Source: Dipteris shenzhenensis (lineage: Eukaryota). From it: a stretch of DNA of 64,000 bases. Positions within the stretch are counted from its first letter, which is position 1. The number at the start of each line of letters is the position of its first letter. The position numbers and the translations under genes are program-made. The stretch lies in NCBI GenBank assembly GCA_047967505.1, contig CM106538.1. One strand, given 5' to 3'. The notes below the pieces were generated by a model. The model made no database searches, was not told the DNA's origin, and saw only the letters and a program-made list of their open reading frames with translations. Shown piece by piece: positions 51,474-64,000 of the stretch.

Positions 51474-54242
51474 ACAAGTGCATATAACTTTTTGCATCAA
51501 AATAATAATATGGTTTATGTGACTTTTTCTTCATAAGTTTTGTTACCTTCCTATTGACATATCTAGGTGCTTGTTTTTTCTTCTTTGCTTTCACATATGA
51601 AGCATTGGAAGATGAACAAGAGCTAGGCATTATTAACCAATAATTTTCTGTTAATAAGTCATCTCCAAGCTTGCATCAAGCATTCAACAATAAAAAATGC
51701 CCAAAACTCAAGAGTAAAAAACAGAGTAATTTGGAGGGCTTGATTCAAGCTCTATGAAGCATAACTGAGAGGGCTTTTAATGCGCATTTGAAAACCTAGG
51801 AGGATTGCCCAAAAAACGCGTAGAATTGCTCATGACAGTAGTGCCTTCTCCGCCTGGTCTTTTGCTTGTTTCTCCTTACTGCAGCAAGCATTTGAGCTCA
51901 AATTTCATCAACAGCAAGCTCATAGTGTCGCCCACCCGTGGCTCAGAGGAATTGACGAAATATCGCATTTGTAGGTAGAATTTCTTGAAATTTCAGCAAG
52001 CACAGATTGTGTCGGCACGGGCAAACGAAGCAAAATTTCAGAGAATGCTTGGTGTTAAAGGTGCACCCCAAGTAAAGGATACTTCAACTCAGAGGGCTCT
52101 GGGAATGGTCACTTAATGTAGGAGAATGGAGCTAAGCAAAATTTGGAGAGAAAGAGGGCAAAAATTAAGAAGAAGGTGGAGGGTGGAGAAGAAGATGATG
52201 AGGTGGCATATTGAAGCTACAATGGTGGGCTAGGAACTCAAGGAGGCTCTGATACCAAATGTTGGAGAGTGGAGAGAAGATGAACATCATAAAGAAGAGT
52301 GTGGGAACCAAATGGCAAAATGTTCCATTGAGTTGAGAGAAAGTCCTCTCTTTTATAGAATGGGAGAGAGGGTGGCCTAAATCAATGGCACCTCTCCTAC
52401 ATCAAAGGAGCTAACTCCTAAATCATAGGAACTCCACAATCATAGAAACCACCGCATGTGGGGGCCTTTGCATTACATTATCACTTGCATCATGGTCTAT
52501 GGCACTAAGTGTGCCTCTTCTACACACACACACACACACACAACCATATGACTGCTAGTGGATGCACACATGCACCTAGCAAGCCCTTGATCACACATAT
52601 CCCAACAATATTTACATATGAAGGATGCAACGCCTTTGCATTAAAATTCTACAAATTGACACAAAGTATTCAAAATGTTTGAAGTTTTGCTATAAAAATA
52701 TCAAAATCATTTTAATTCAAAGATACCACAAAAACTAATAATCATAGGGTTTTTTGCAAGAAATAAAGCACATTTTATTGCTTTGCATAAGAAAACTTCA
52801 TTAACGGGCTTCTAGTTTTACAAATATACTAAATTATAACATGAATCATAACATCTACTTCCTTATGAAGCCAATTGACTAGAAGACTCATAACATTGCA
52901 CAAGTCTCATAAAACTACAAAAAGGGCATAGACACAAAAGTTTAGCCTCAAAAACCACCTGCTTGCCCGGTTGCACTTGCCCACTTGGGCTCACCTTGCC
53001 CTTTTCATTCACTTGCTTCTGTTCCTTGTGGCCTTGCTCGCCGCTCTACACCTGTTCCTTGTGTCTCGTCTTGCCACTTTGCTATGCATCCAAACAGCCC
53101 TGCGTGCCATTTCCCACAAGCTCCTTGTGGCTCATCTCGCTGCCCTAACTCGGTTCCACACGGCCTTGCTCGCTACCTCTGATACCATCCACCATGCAAC
53201 CCGTCTTGCTGCCCTCGTGCCCTCCAGCACACCTCGGTCCATTCTTGCCTTTCACGACATCCATACCCTGGGACTTGATTTGATATGGACTTGGTACAAC
53301 CGCACTACTCAATCCGCCTTCAATCATGCAACCTTGCTCGCTGCCTCTAATACCATCAACCTTGTGGCCTGTCTTGCTGCCCTGGTGCCCTCACACCTCA
53401 GCCCACTCTCTTGCCTGTCATGGCATCCATAGCCTGGGACTTGATTTGATATGGCATTGTACAACTTCACTGCCCAATCCACCTTGTTCCACGCCACTTT
53501 CCACACTATCATCCGGGGCACACTTGCCTGTCTTGCCCACATGCCATAACTCCCCTTGAGCCCGCTTCCTTGGTCACTTCTTTTAAGCGCTCAGCACTCC
53601 ACGTTACCCGCTTCTTCACAACCTGCTTGTCGATCGTCTGAGCGAGGCTGCTTTGTGCTAGACCATGACTTGGCACCTTTGCATTCTTGTCCACCACACC
53701 TGCAGCTTCCCGTTTCAGTGCAACCATTCCCTTGTACCTTGAAGCCCCACCAAAGAGGATGGCCAATCCTTGGGCCAATAGGAGCAATCAAGAAGTTCTT
53801 CTCCACATGAGTCGGCGGATCCAAATGAGTCGGATCCATCGAGCTCTGCCTTATTTGAGGCTTCCCTTTTCGTTTCACTGTTTGGATCATCTGCCGCTTC
53901 CAACTCTTCCTTCAGGTACACACCATAGACCAACGTAAAAGACAACAAAGAACTCACGGTGCCACCTCGTCGTTCCACCTTCCGTTTTAAACATATGAAC
54001 CAACTTTTGAAGGTGGCCCATGTCCTTGTTGATCAGCATGTTCACGAGCCGTTTTCAGCATCTGCACCACCCTCCGCATGATGGATTCATCACTTGTATC
54101 ATCCAGGAGACCTAGACCCATTCGTTTTGCCTTGGCCATGCCAAACCAGTAACTTGTTGATTCTGGACCACCATCTCTCAAGTTTGCTGGTAGCCACACA
54201 GGGTGGTAGCTCCATTCATCCACGAACTGCTCTAAACAATCA

Positions 54243-55632
54243 CGGCAAGGGGGGTATACACATGCACGCAAGAGGGAGGGGGGTGGGGGGAAGGGGGGAG
54301 GGCATGTGCGCAAAGGGGGTGAGGGGTTGTGCATGCCCGCACGGGGGAAGGGGGGGATGTGCGCATGCACGCAAGAGGGAGGGGGTGGGGGGCAGGTGCG
54401 CATGTGCGAAGGTGGGGGGGGCAAGGGGAGAAGGGGAGGGGGGTGTGCACATGCGCAAGAGGGGGGAGGTGCACATGCACGCAAGGTGGGGGGGCGGACA
54501 TGTGTGCAACAGGGTGCACATGCACGCAAGAGTTTTGGGGGGGGGGGGGAGCATGGGGGGAGGGGGGGCATGCACACAAGGTGGTGGGGGGGGGGGAGGG
54601 CATGTGTGCAAGGGGTGGGGGGTGCCCACACACGCAAGTCGGGGGGTGCGCATGCATGCAAGAGGGCAGGGGGCCATGGGGACAAACAAGCGGGGGGGGA
54701 GGGTACCCATGTACGCAAGAGGGAGGGGGGTGGGGGGGTGGCACACGTGCATGGAGGAGGGGGATGCGAGTGCGCATGCATGCAAGGGGGGGCATGGGGA
54801 CAAGGGGGGGTGTGGGTGCGCATGCACGTAAGGTGGGGGAGGGGCATATGTGCAAGGGGGGGTGCGCACAAGTGCAAGAGTGGGGGCGCATCTTTGCAAG
54901 GCGGGGGGCATGGGGAGAATGGGGGAGGGGTGCGCATGCATGCAAGGTGGGGGGGCATGTGTGCAAGGGGGAGGGGGGGGTGCGCATGCGCACAGGGAGG
55001 GGGCTTCGCATGCACGCACGGAGGAGGGGGGTGCGCCTACACACAAGGATGGGGGGTGCACATGTGCGCAAGGGGGGGGGGCATGGGTGCAGGGGGGGCA
55101 TACTCGCTCAAGGTGGGGGGAGCATGTGTACAAGGGGGGGGTGGGTGTGCATGTGTGCAAGAGGGGGGGTTGTGCATGCGTGCATGGAGGAGGGGGGTGC
55201 GCACGCATGTAAGAGGGGGGTGCACATGTGCACAAGAGTTGGGGGTGGGGGAGGGACGGGGAGAAGAGGGGGGGTGAGGGGCATGCGCACAAGGAGGGTG
55301 GCATGGGGATAGGGGGGAGATGTGTGCAAGGGGGCAGGGTGCGCATGCACACAAGGTGGGTGGGTGGGGGTACACATGCACGCAAGAGGTGGGGAGGGGG
55401 GCATGTACACACGCACGCAATAGGGGGGTTTGGGGGGGGGCATGTGTGCCAGGGGGGTTCGCATGCATGCAAGGAGGGGGGGCATGGGGGAGGCGGACTG
55501 GGACAAGGGGAGGGGGGTGCATATGCATGCAAGGGGGGACGGGTGGGGGGGGTTGTGCATGTGCTCAAGGGGAAGGGGGGGTGTGGGGACAAAGGGGGGG
55601 GTGCATACATGCAAGGAAGGGGGGCACGCAAG
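54243..55632. repeat. G-run / alternating purine-pyrimidine low-complexity array
   Basis: Dozens of long G runs alternating with TGTGCGCATGCACGCA-like segments; strongly strand-asymmetric; source of Pro/Gly-rich spurious ORFs. Confidence 0.93.
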
Positions 55633-56637
55633 CTCAGGCATGGAAGAGCAAGGAATGGTGTCCGAGGTTGAGGGAAAATGGATGTTCGAGATAAGTAGGT
55701 TACAAAAAACTGATGCTCTCACATGAAGAGGATGTCGTGCCATCGCAGCGGTTCAAGAATCGTCTCGATCCAAGTTCATATGCAAAAGTTATGACCTCTC
55801 AAAGTCGAGGGTTTGGGCGATGCACGGGAGGTCGGGTGTGCGGGAGGGGTGTCTAGGCCGACACAAGAGTTCAAGGCATGTCGAGGAAGTGCCGATCAAG
55901 AGGGGATGGCGATGCATCGGAGGTCGGGATGGGGGCAGGGATGGGGGCAAATCGGGAGAAGGCGAGGTGGAGGGCGATGTGGGGTGTGTTCGGCAGCAAT
56001 GTGATGGGGGACGACATAGATACACGAGGGCAAGGTTGGGGGCGATGCGAGGGGAGGGTCGCATCAAGCAGTGGTGCATGTAGCACCGGAGGTAGGGCAG
56101 GCGATGGTGTAGTTGAGCACGGCACAAGGGGCGGGGCAACCGCACTGCAGGGACATCGAAGATAGGCGCGATCGAGGGCAATGCGGGTGGCACGGGTGAC
56201 AGAGCAGGCACGTTGGCGGTGATGCAGGTGACATGGTGGGGCATGGGTGAAGTCGGGGCGGCACGAGTAGCACGGGCTGCATCCGACAACAAGAGAGGGG
56301 TGAGGCATGTCAGGCTATAGTAGCGAGACCAGGGGGGATGCGGGGTAGGGGCGTGATGGGCGTACGGGGGCTCGAGCAATCGGGTGACGCAAGTGGTATA
56401 GCGCTATGCATGGAGGCGAGGCCGAGGCAACAAGGGGAACAGTGCATTGAGAGGGGATGGGGCGGGTCACACAAGCAGCGAGGGAGGGGTGCTAGGCAAG
56501 ACTCTATGATGCAGGGAGGGGGGGCGTGTCGAGCAACGGTGAGGCCGAAGGTGGTGCAAGTGGCACAACAGGCAGGCATGGGTGATGCAAGCAGCAGGGG
56601 CATAATGCATCGAGCAATCGAGGGTGGGGGGGGGTAG

Positions 56638-59600
56638 TGTAAGAAAATAATACAACGTCTGTGCTCAATAGATAACAGGATCTCGTATGCAAGAGAGAAA
56701 AACAGATAGTATGGAGAATCAAATATTTGATTACTGTACAACTGATACAATAGATGGCACTGCCTCCCAACCGTGTGCTCCTGTGAAAGAAGCTTTGATG
56801 GCAAGCTGGAAACAGTAGAGGACGGAGGCTGGATGCTAAGGAATCAGGGTTACTGTAGCCAGTGATAAAATGGGCTTCACGGGCTTGCTCTTATATAGCC
56901 ACCAGTCATAGTCAGTTAGACCCAATTGGGTGACTGACCCAGTCTGCCCAAAATGGTTGACTAGGGGTCGGTCCCGAAATAGGCCACCAACCACATGATA
57001 GAACTGGTGCACAAAATAGAGCAACTAACCTACGATCTCCGTTCGGCCCACAGCCATCCAGGATCATCTGGGACTCCAAACGGGCCATGCAACCCGAGAG
57101 TGGGCTGCCCCGGGAAAAGCTCTGTCTATCCTCAATGCGGTCAGTCATGGGATGCCTTCCTGGACTTGCATGTAGCCTAGTTGGCAGTGTGCCAACTCCG
57201 TCCAGCCATCAGGCCACACATGGCCCCCATTTGGTGTTCAAACCAGGACCTACTGGATAACCGAGCTACTCAAATGCCTTCTCCTCATATGGGGGGCTTA
57301 CAAGTAGATTTAGCTGGTTCCCACGTAGTTACACGAAAGTGGAGCATTGATATCTAATAGCCCCCCTCAATGTCCACCCGCAAGTGAACTTACTTTTTCG
57401 GTCCAATGCCAAGTTGATGAAGATGCCTCTCCAGCAAGTCTCTTCCAAGAGCCTTCGTGAAGATGTCCGTAGCATTCTCTGTAGTCGAACAATACACCAA
57501 GTCGACCTCTCCATCCATGATGAGCTCGCGTACAAAGTGATATTGAATCTCAATGTGTTTTGTGCGAGCGTGGAACACAGGGTTCTTTGCAATCGCCATG
57601 CAACTCTGATTGTCACATGATAACTGCGTGGGCTTGTTCTGCTGCACTGCACCCGTGTCCCCTAAAATCCTCCTCAACCACACTGCCTCGCAAGAAGCAA
57701 AGCATGCTGATTTGTACTCGGCCTCGGTAGAAGAAAGAGAAACTGTGGGTTGCTTCTTGCTGACTCATGACACAGGTCCAGATCCAAGTGAGAAACAATA
57801 ACCTATCACTGATCTCTTGCTGTCCACGTATCCTGCCCAATCCGAGTCACATAATCCGGTCAAGATGTTGCCCTTGGTATAGGTGATGCCATAATCAAGT
57901 GTGCCTTTGATGTATTTCAGCACCTGCATCCCTGTCCTCCAATGGTTCTCCCGGGGCTTATTGGAAAACCTACTTAGTACACCAGTCGCAAAACTGATGT
58001 CCGGCCGTGTGTTGCATAAGTAAATCAAGCTGCCCACAAGTCTTCTGTACTTCGCTTCATCCACCGGTGGTGATGAATCCTCGTTTGAGAGCTTCACGTC
58101 AACCTCCATAGGAGTACCAACTGTCTTGCACTCAGCCATGTCAAATGCCTTCAGTGTCTCTCCAGCATACTTCAGCTGTGAAATGAAGATCTATTTCGGC
58201 TCCTACCAAACTTCAATCCCCAAACAGAAATGCATCAGTCCGAGGTCTGGTCATTTCAAACTCTCTTCCTAGCAAATGCTTCATGTCTGCGAGATATTCT
58301 CTTCATGGTTCCCTGTTATGACAAGGTTGTCCACATAAAAGACCACGATCATACATGTGCCTCCTTCTCTGAAGATATACAAATTTGCATCTGATGGGCT
58401 CCTCCTGAACCCGTTTTGCAGAAAGTAGGCATTATTTGCTGGTACCATGCTCGTGGGGCCTGTTTCAGCCCATAAAGTGCCTTCTTCAATTTACAGACTT
58501 TACCTTCTGAACCGGGGATCACAAAACCTGGTGGTTGTTCCACGTATACCTCCTCCTTGAGATCCCCATTCAGAAAGGTAGATTTTACATCCATTTGAAA
58601 CACGGACCAACTTTCCTGGGTAGCTAATGCCAAAACACTGCGAATTGTGGTTAGTCGAGCTGTGGGAGCAAAAGTATCCTGATAATCAAAACCATGTACC
58701 TGTGTGAATCCTTTTGCCACAAGCTGAGCCTTGTACTTATCCAACGTGCCGTCGGACTTGTACTTGGTTTTGTACACCCACTTGGTGCCAATTACCTTGT
58801 GTTTTGGTGGTCGATCCACAAGGTCCCAAGTGTTGTTCTTCATTATGGAGCCATACTCTGACTGCATAGCCTCCATCCACCTATCATCACCCTGTGCCTC
58901 TTCAAGACACTTGGGTTCATCAACACGGATCACCTCTGTCATCAACGCGTAGTTGACCAAGTGTTCCTGCGCCCTTCTTTGCTCCTCTAATCTCTTCGAC
59001 CGGCAGTGTTCGGATGGTTCCTCCTCAATGGCTAGAGGTTCTCTACCGTCCAAATGCTGCTTTACCCACTTTGGGAATGCCGTTGCCGTTGTGGTTCTGC
59101 AGGCTCTTCTTCATCTTCTTTATCTTGAATCCTCCCAAGCACCGTTGGGGGAGTTCGGTCTGCTGTTGGTGGTGGTATTGGATGGATATCCTGGTCCTGG
59201 TTGTGTAGGAAGGAACCATCCTCCTCCAATTGATGCGACTATTCTGAGAAGACCACATCGCGACTTACTATTACCTTCTTGGTAACAGGGTTATAGAGAC
59301 GATAACCCTTCACCTCTTCACTGTAGCCCAAGAAAATACACTTCCGGCTCTTCGGTTCCCATTTGGTCCTGGTAGCATCAGGGACATGCACAAAACAGTC
59401 ACATCCAAAAACTCTGAAATGTGCAGCTGAAGGTTTCTTACCAGAAAAGGCATGCAGTGGAGTCATCCCGTTCACAGCCTTCGTGTAGCTATGATTCAGA
59501 ATGTAAACTGCAGTGTTACATGCTTCAGCCCAGAAAGTCTTTGGCAAATCTTTCCCTTTCATCATACTCCCACCCATTTCACAGATGGTGCGCATCTTGC

Positions 59601-61380
59601 GTTCTGCTACTCCATTTTGCTGTGATGTATGTGGCGGGGGTTTCTGCCTCTTGATCCCGTGACTTTTGCAGTAACTTTCAAATTCAGTTGATGTGAACTC
59701 TCCACCTCTGTCTGATCTCAATTTCTCCTTGATTCTTTCTCGACCATTACATGCCATTCCTTGAACCTACTGTAGTCATTGATCAGTGTCATGAAGTAGT
59801 AGGAACCACCCAAAGCTTCTGTCTCCATCTTTCCACAGAGGTCCATGTGAACGAGCTCTAGAGGAACCTTTGCCCTGCTAACCTCTTTAGGAAAGGGATG
59901 CCGATGCTGCTTGCCCATCATGCAAGCTTCACATACATCGGGCAGATCTGAAATTTCTGGTAGGTCTACAATCATTCCACTTTTATGCATCTCCTTCAAA
60001 GAACTAAGGTTTAGATGACCAAATCTCTCATGCCACAGCTTAGTGTTCTTCACATCGGCTCGAGCACTGAAAGCTGAGAGTAACTGTTGTTGACTGTGTA
60101 TCTTTACTAATGACCTTCCCTTGAAGATCCAGAATCTGTGCACCATTCTTATCGAATTGAACTTTGAGGTCCCGATCCATAATTGAGGAAATGGACAACA
60201 AGTTCCTCTTGATATCTGGCACATAAAGAACATCGGACAACTATTTTACGACTCCATCTAACTTGAGAGCAATCGTACCTTTTCCTTTTGCTGGACATTT
60301 TGCATCATTGCCGACTGCTACTAGGATGTCATTCCCTACCGGCTGTAGAGAGGTATACCAATCCTTCTGACTGGTCATGTGGCATGATGCACCACTGTCA
60401 ATAATCCAAGGTTCATCCGCAGGTACATGAACTGCCTCCGTGCAAATCTCCTCAATTGCTACGAACAGCTCTACTGGTATTGCCTGAGTGCCGTTGCTAG
60501 ACTCTCTCTTTACTCCGTTCTTCTCATCTGCAATCTTCTTCCGGCACTCATTCTGCTTGTGCCCAGCCTTGTTGCAATAGAAGCACTTGATCTTCTTCTT
60601 TCTCTTTTTATCATCAGAAGAAGATGGGTTACCAGAGTCCTTACCCTTACCTTTCTTTGATCCGCGGTCAAGAAAGCCGAATCTTCTCCAGTCCTCATCT
60701 TTTGATGCATCTCCTCCTCTAGAAGCATCGCGCTGAAATCCTTAAAGTTGAGGGGAGGATTTCTGTTCTACGTATTCAGTGCCGTAACATGACCGTCGTA
60801 CTTTGGTGGGAGAATCTGTATGCACCTTCGTGCTAGATTCTCATTGGTGATGGTGATGCCAATCGCAGTCATCTGATCACGCAGATTCTTCACCCTGGTG
60901 ATGAACTTCTCTGCCGCTTCAAACTCAGACAACTTTTCGTTTGCGAGTTGAGTCTCCAGATTCTAAATCCACGTCTGATTCGTGGTCTCGTACTAATTTT
61001 TCAAGACCGTCCATGCCTCCTCTGCCGTGGTGACATGTTGAATTAACGCCATGACAGAATCACTCACACTGCAGACAATGGAACACATCGCATCTGCATT
61101 TCTTCTTGTCCATGCGAGAATCTCATCCGTAGTTGGTACTACCTGTTGTCCTACATTGGCTGGATCCGCCGATCTCGCTGGCCTTATGTCCACCCCAGTA
61201 GTAGTGTCCCAAAGCTCGTATGCGCTTAGGATGGTCTTCATCTTGAACTTTCAGAGTGGATAGTTAGAGCCATCCAACTTTTCGCTTTCGCCAAACGGTG
61301 GGATTCGCAGTCTTGCGGGCTGGGCCATCTCTCACAATCTACTCGCAAACAGAAACACACTACCAAATCTTTACACCAAA
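56638..61380 (-). mobile_element. Ty1/Copia element (second family) lacking its 5' LTR and PBS
   Basis: 3' LTR ~57359-56638 after the PPT TTGAGGGGGG; gag ATG at 61328; no matching 5' LTR in the window. Confidence 0.88.
57390..61328 (-). pseudogene. Copia gag-pol polyprotein, disrupted
   Basis: EKLDGSNYPL, CFYCNKAGHKQNEC, WIIDSGASCHMT, LWHERFGH, LELVHMDLCG, LRSDRGGEF, QQNGVAERK, QMDVKSTFLNG, CDSDWAG, TKHIEIQYHFVRE; stops and frameshifts. Confidence 0.93.
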
Positions 61381-64000
61381 AGTGGTGGAGCAAAAGCTAC
61401 TCTAGCTTATTCCTCTATCATATATATATGAGTATACATGGGCACTGTACAAGTGGGTGGGCACACTGCCCTTTATCCCAACAACCTCCCACTTAAAGGC
61501 AGTGTGCCTTTAAGGGAGTATAGTACACATATAATACAATCAGCCATAGGTTGAAAAACAAGATGACTAGACCATCATCCTATGCCCATCGGCACTTTAC
61601 AATGTGCAAAGTGCATAGAGGATAAGCTGCTAGCAGACATCAGGTTTGCAGGATAGAAAATGACAAGCTGTAGATGCCTGTCAACCAAGATCTCATGCCA
61701 GATCTCACTAGGAGAGTGAACTCTCACCACCACGTGCTCCTGTGTTAAGTCCATAGCACCCGAACTGTCACTATGCAAAGAAAATGTCTTTGTACCACCT
61801 GTGACCATAAGCACATGCCCTACAATAGACCTCTGTTGGTCTACCCAACCTGCATCACTTGCATGCTGCTCGTGGAAGCATAAGGACCTGATGTCCACAA
61901 CCGCTTCCCTACTACCAAAATCTGCCATAATCATGCTACTAACTCCCACTACAACGGAAGCGAGAACTGGAAGTGTAGCTCCAATGGCAAACATGTGAGA
62001 ACCAAGTCTCAACACAGTCATGGATGCATGAAGTACTATGGCTGCCATATCAACCATAACTTGCTACTCAACTGATCTGTGATCATCAAACCTGCTGTGT
62101 TTCAAGTATGGAGCCAATATAGGTAATGGAGTACTCAGTAACTTCCCCCTCGCCATATTGAAACAACCAAGTATCTGACAAACATCATCAAGACCATGCA
62201 GCACCCACTACAAAGCATACCTATCCATAAGGAACCATATGGCAAGTAACCTCAGAAGGATAGCAACCTCCTGAATACTGAGACCATAACCTGTCTCACT
62301 ACGCATCACATCCTGAGCTCTCATAACGGTATCAAACCTATGAAGCCAAGCTCGAGGGGATTGCTTCTGGCCATGGAGGCACTTACGAAGCAAACACATC
62401 AATGATTTATGCCCATGCGCAATATGACCCGAGTCAATAATTGCAGAAACCACATCTGTCCTGGCATAACCAGCCAATGGATCATACCGAGCATCATTAG
62501 CCAAGGTATCCTCCTCACCATGCATAGCCTCATCCTCATCTGCAAGAGGCACTCCGCATCCTGGGAGTAAACAGTAACTGTCCATAGAAGATGCATCAAC
62601 AATCTCCATAGGAGTATAAACCTGTGGAATACTCGAGACATCTGACCGTCTTTGACCAAAATCAGGAAGTAATCGTGGCTGTCCCAACTTTATAACCTAC
62701 TCACTGTGGGAAAAACCTCCCACTCCAAGGGATATGGGCTGCCCCTTCAAAGAATTCGGAGGTATCAGTGCACTTACACCCTCCTGGAACACCACTCTCC
62801 TGCTATCCACAGTCCTGGGCTATCTAAACATAGCATCCTCTTTGGAATAGACATTATGGCTACGTATCAACTCTCTAGTTGAAGAATCCCATAACCTGTA
62901 GTCCTCACTGGACTCACTGTATCCAAGGAAGATACACCTCCTCGATCGGGAACCATGAGCATAAGCCTCGCAGCCAAACACACGTAAATGCTCATAACAT
63001 GGTGCCCTGCTTGTCAAGAAGTCAAATGGCACTCTACCATTCAGAGATCTCCTGGGTGACCTGTTAAGCAAGTATGCAGCTGTCTTACATGCCTCAGCCC
63101 AATAGCATTCAGTAAGACCTGCATATCATAGCATGCTACCAATCCTGTCCAATAGAATCCGATTTATGCCTTCTGCCAAGGCATCGTGCAGAAAGATGAG
63201 GAGTGGTCAACACCCTCCTGATACCAAGTGTATCACATAGATGGTGAAATCTAGAAGAGGTAAACTCTGCATCACCATCAGTCATCAAGCTCAATAGCTT
63301 CTTTCCTGACTGATTTTCAGTATTACCCAAGAAGCGCTGAAATGTATCATATACATCATGCTTTTGCCGAATCGGATATACCCATATGTACTTTGTAGCA
63401 GTATCAATAAATGTCACAAAGTAAGAGGCGCCACCTAGTGAAACAGTAGGCATAGGCCCACAAACTGCACTATGAACCAACTGCAATGGCTCAACATACC
63501 TCTCACTGATTGTCTTCCTCACAAAAGAGGATCCTGACTACTGATCATCATCACAATCATGACATAAAATTTGAGAGACATCCATAACAGGAATGTATCT
63601 CAATGTTGTAAGGGCTTCCATACCTGCAGTAGACATATGTCCAAGTCTAGCATACCATAAACTAACTAATGGCTGCTTACTAATCATAAGCATCTGATCA
63701 TGGACACCTGATACATGCAATGCATAAGAGAATCCAACCCGTGATCCCCTAGCCATAACCAGATTGCCTCTAGCAATCTTCCATGCATGATCACCCAAAG
63801 AGACATGATAACCTGCCTTAACCAACTGTCCAGTATTGATCTTGCTCGTAGAAAGTCCTAGTATATGTCTAACCCTCTATAGAATAAGAATAGAGCCACT
63901 AGGCATAACAAGGTGTAAATCCCCATAACCATAGACATCCATAGAATGATCAATGCCCATCAAACCACTCTCCACAATGCATTCTTGATATGCACTGAAC
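61381..64000 (-). mobile_element. Copia derivative related to the 17308 family, with integrase but eroded RT/RNase H; runs off the window edge
   Basis: LWYARLGHMS, LQLVHSAVCGP, FIDTAT, TDGDAEF, HLRVFGCEAY; PPT AAGTGGGAGG and LTR start at 61483; C-terminus ..MGIG-stop as in the first Copia family. Confidence 0.82.

Larger units (their letters stand above)
49707..52607 (-). mobile_element. Gag-only non-autonomous Copia-type LTR element (TR-GAG-like)
   Basis: 5' LTR 52260-52607 (TG..CA); PBS TGGTATCAGAGC at 52257-52246; partial 3' LTR 49707-49840; perfect TSD ATATT (49702-49706 and 52608-52612); gag present, no pol. Confidence 0.88.

Noticed and set aside
54094-56804. Pro/Gly/Cys-rich ORFs up to 463 aa (extensin-like appearance)
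   Set aside because: Open in nearly all frames because the G-rich repeat lacks stop codons; no signal peptide or regular SPPPP pattern

Overview
Repeat-dense nuclear DNA from a large-genome land plant (the element families and spliced transposase suggest a fern or other seed-free plant; this is inference). There is one clear intact host gene: a two-exon major LHCII chlorophyll a/b-binding gene (Lhcb1/2 type, minus strand, 3128-2069) with TATA, CCAAT and G-box motifs. Most of the rest is nested, decaying transposons. These include a complete 9.4-kb CACTA element (4521-13956) whose two genes are head-to-head, with the subterminal palindrome TCGCTATATAGCGA repeated again between them. A full-length Copia (17308-23019) sits in a partly inverted ~190-bp satellite, and a second copy of that family (28388-32178) is followed by another PBS-like site and leader. 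There is a gag-only LTR element with a perfect TSD (49707-52607) and two fused minus-strand Copias (56638-64000), one with an open but heavily eroded RT/RNase H. Several Gypsy and LINE remnants, a G-run/alternating purine-pyrimidine array and a CpG-rich orphan ORF (43704-44142) are also present. No RNA genes or CRISPR arrays were seen. Domain calls come from motif recognition by eye, not from database searches.
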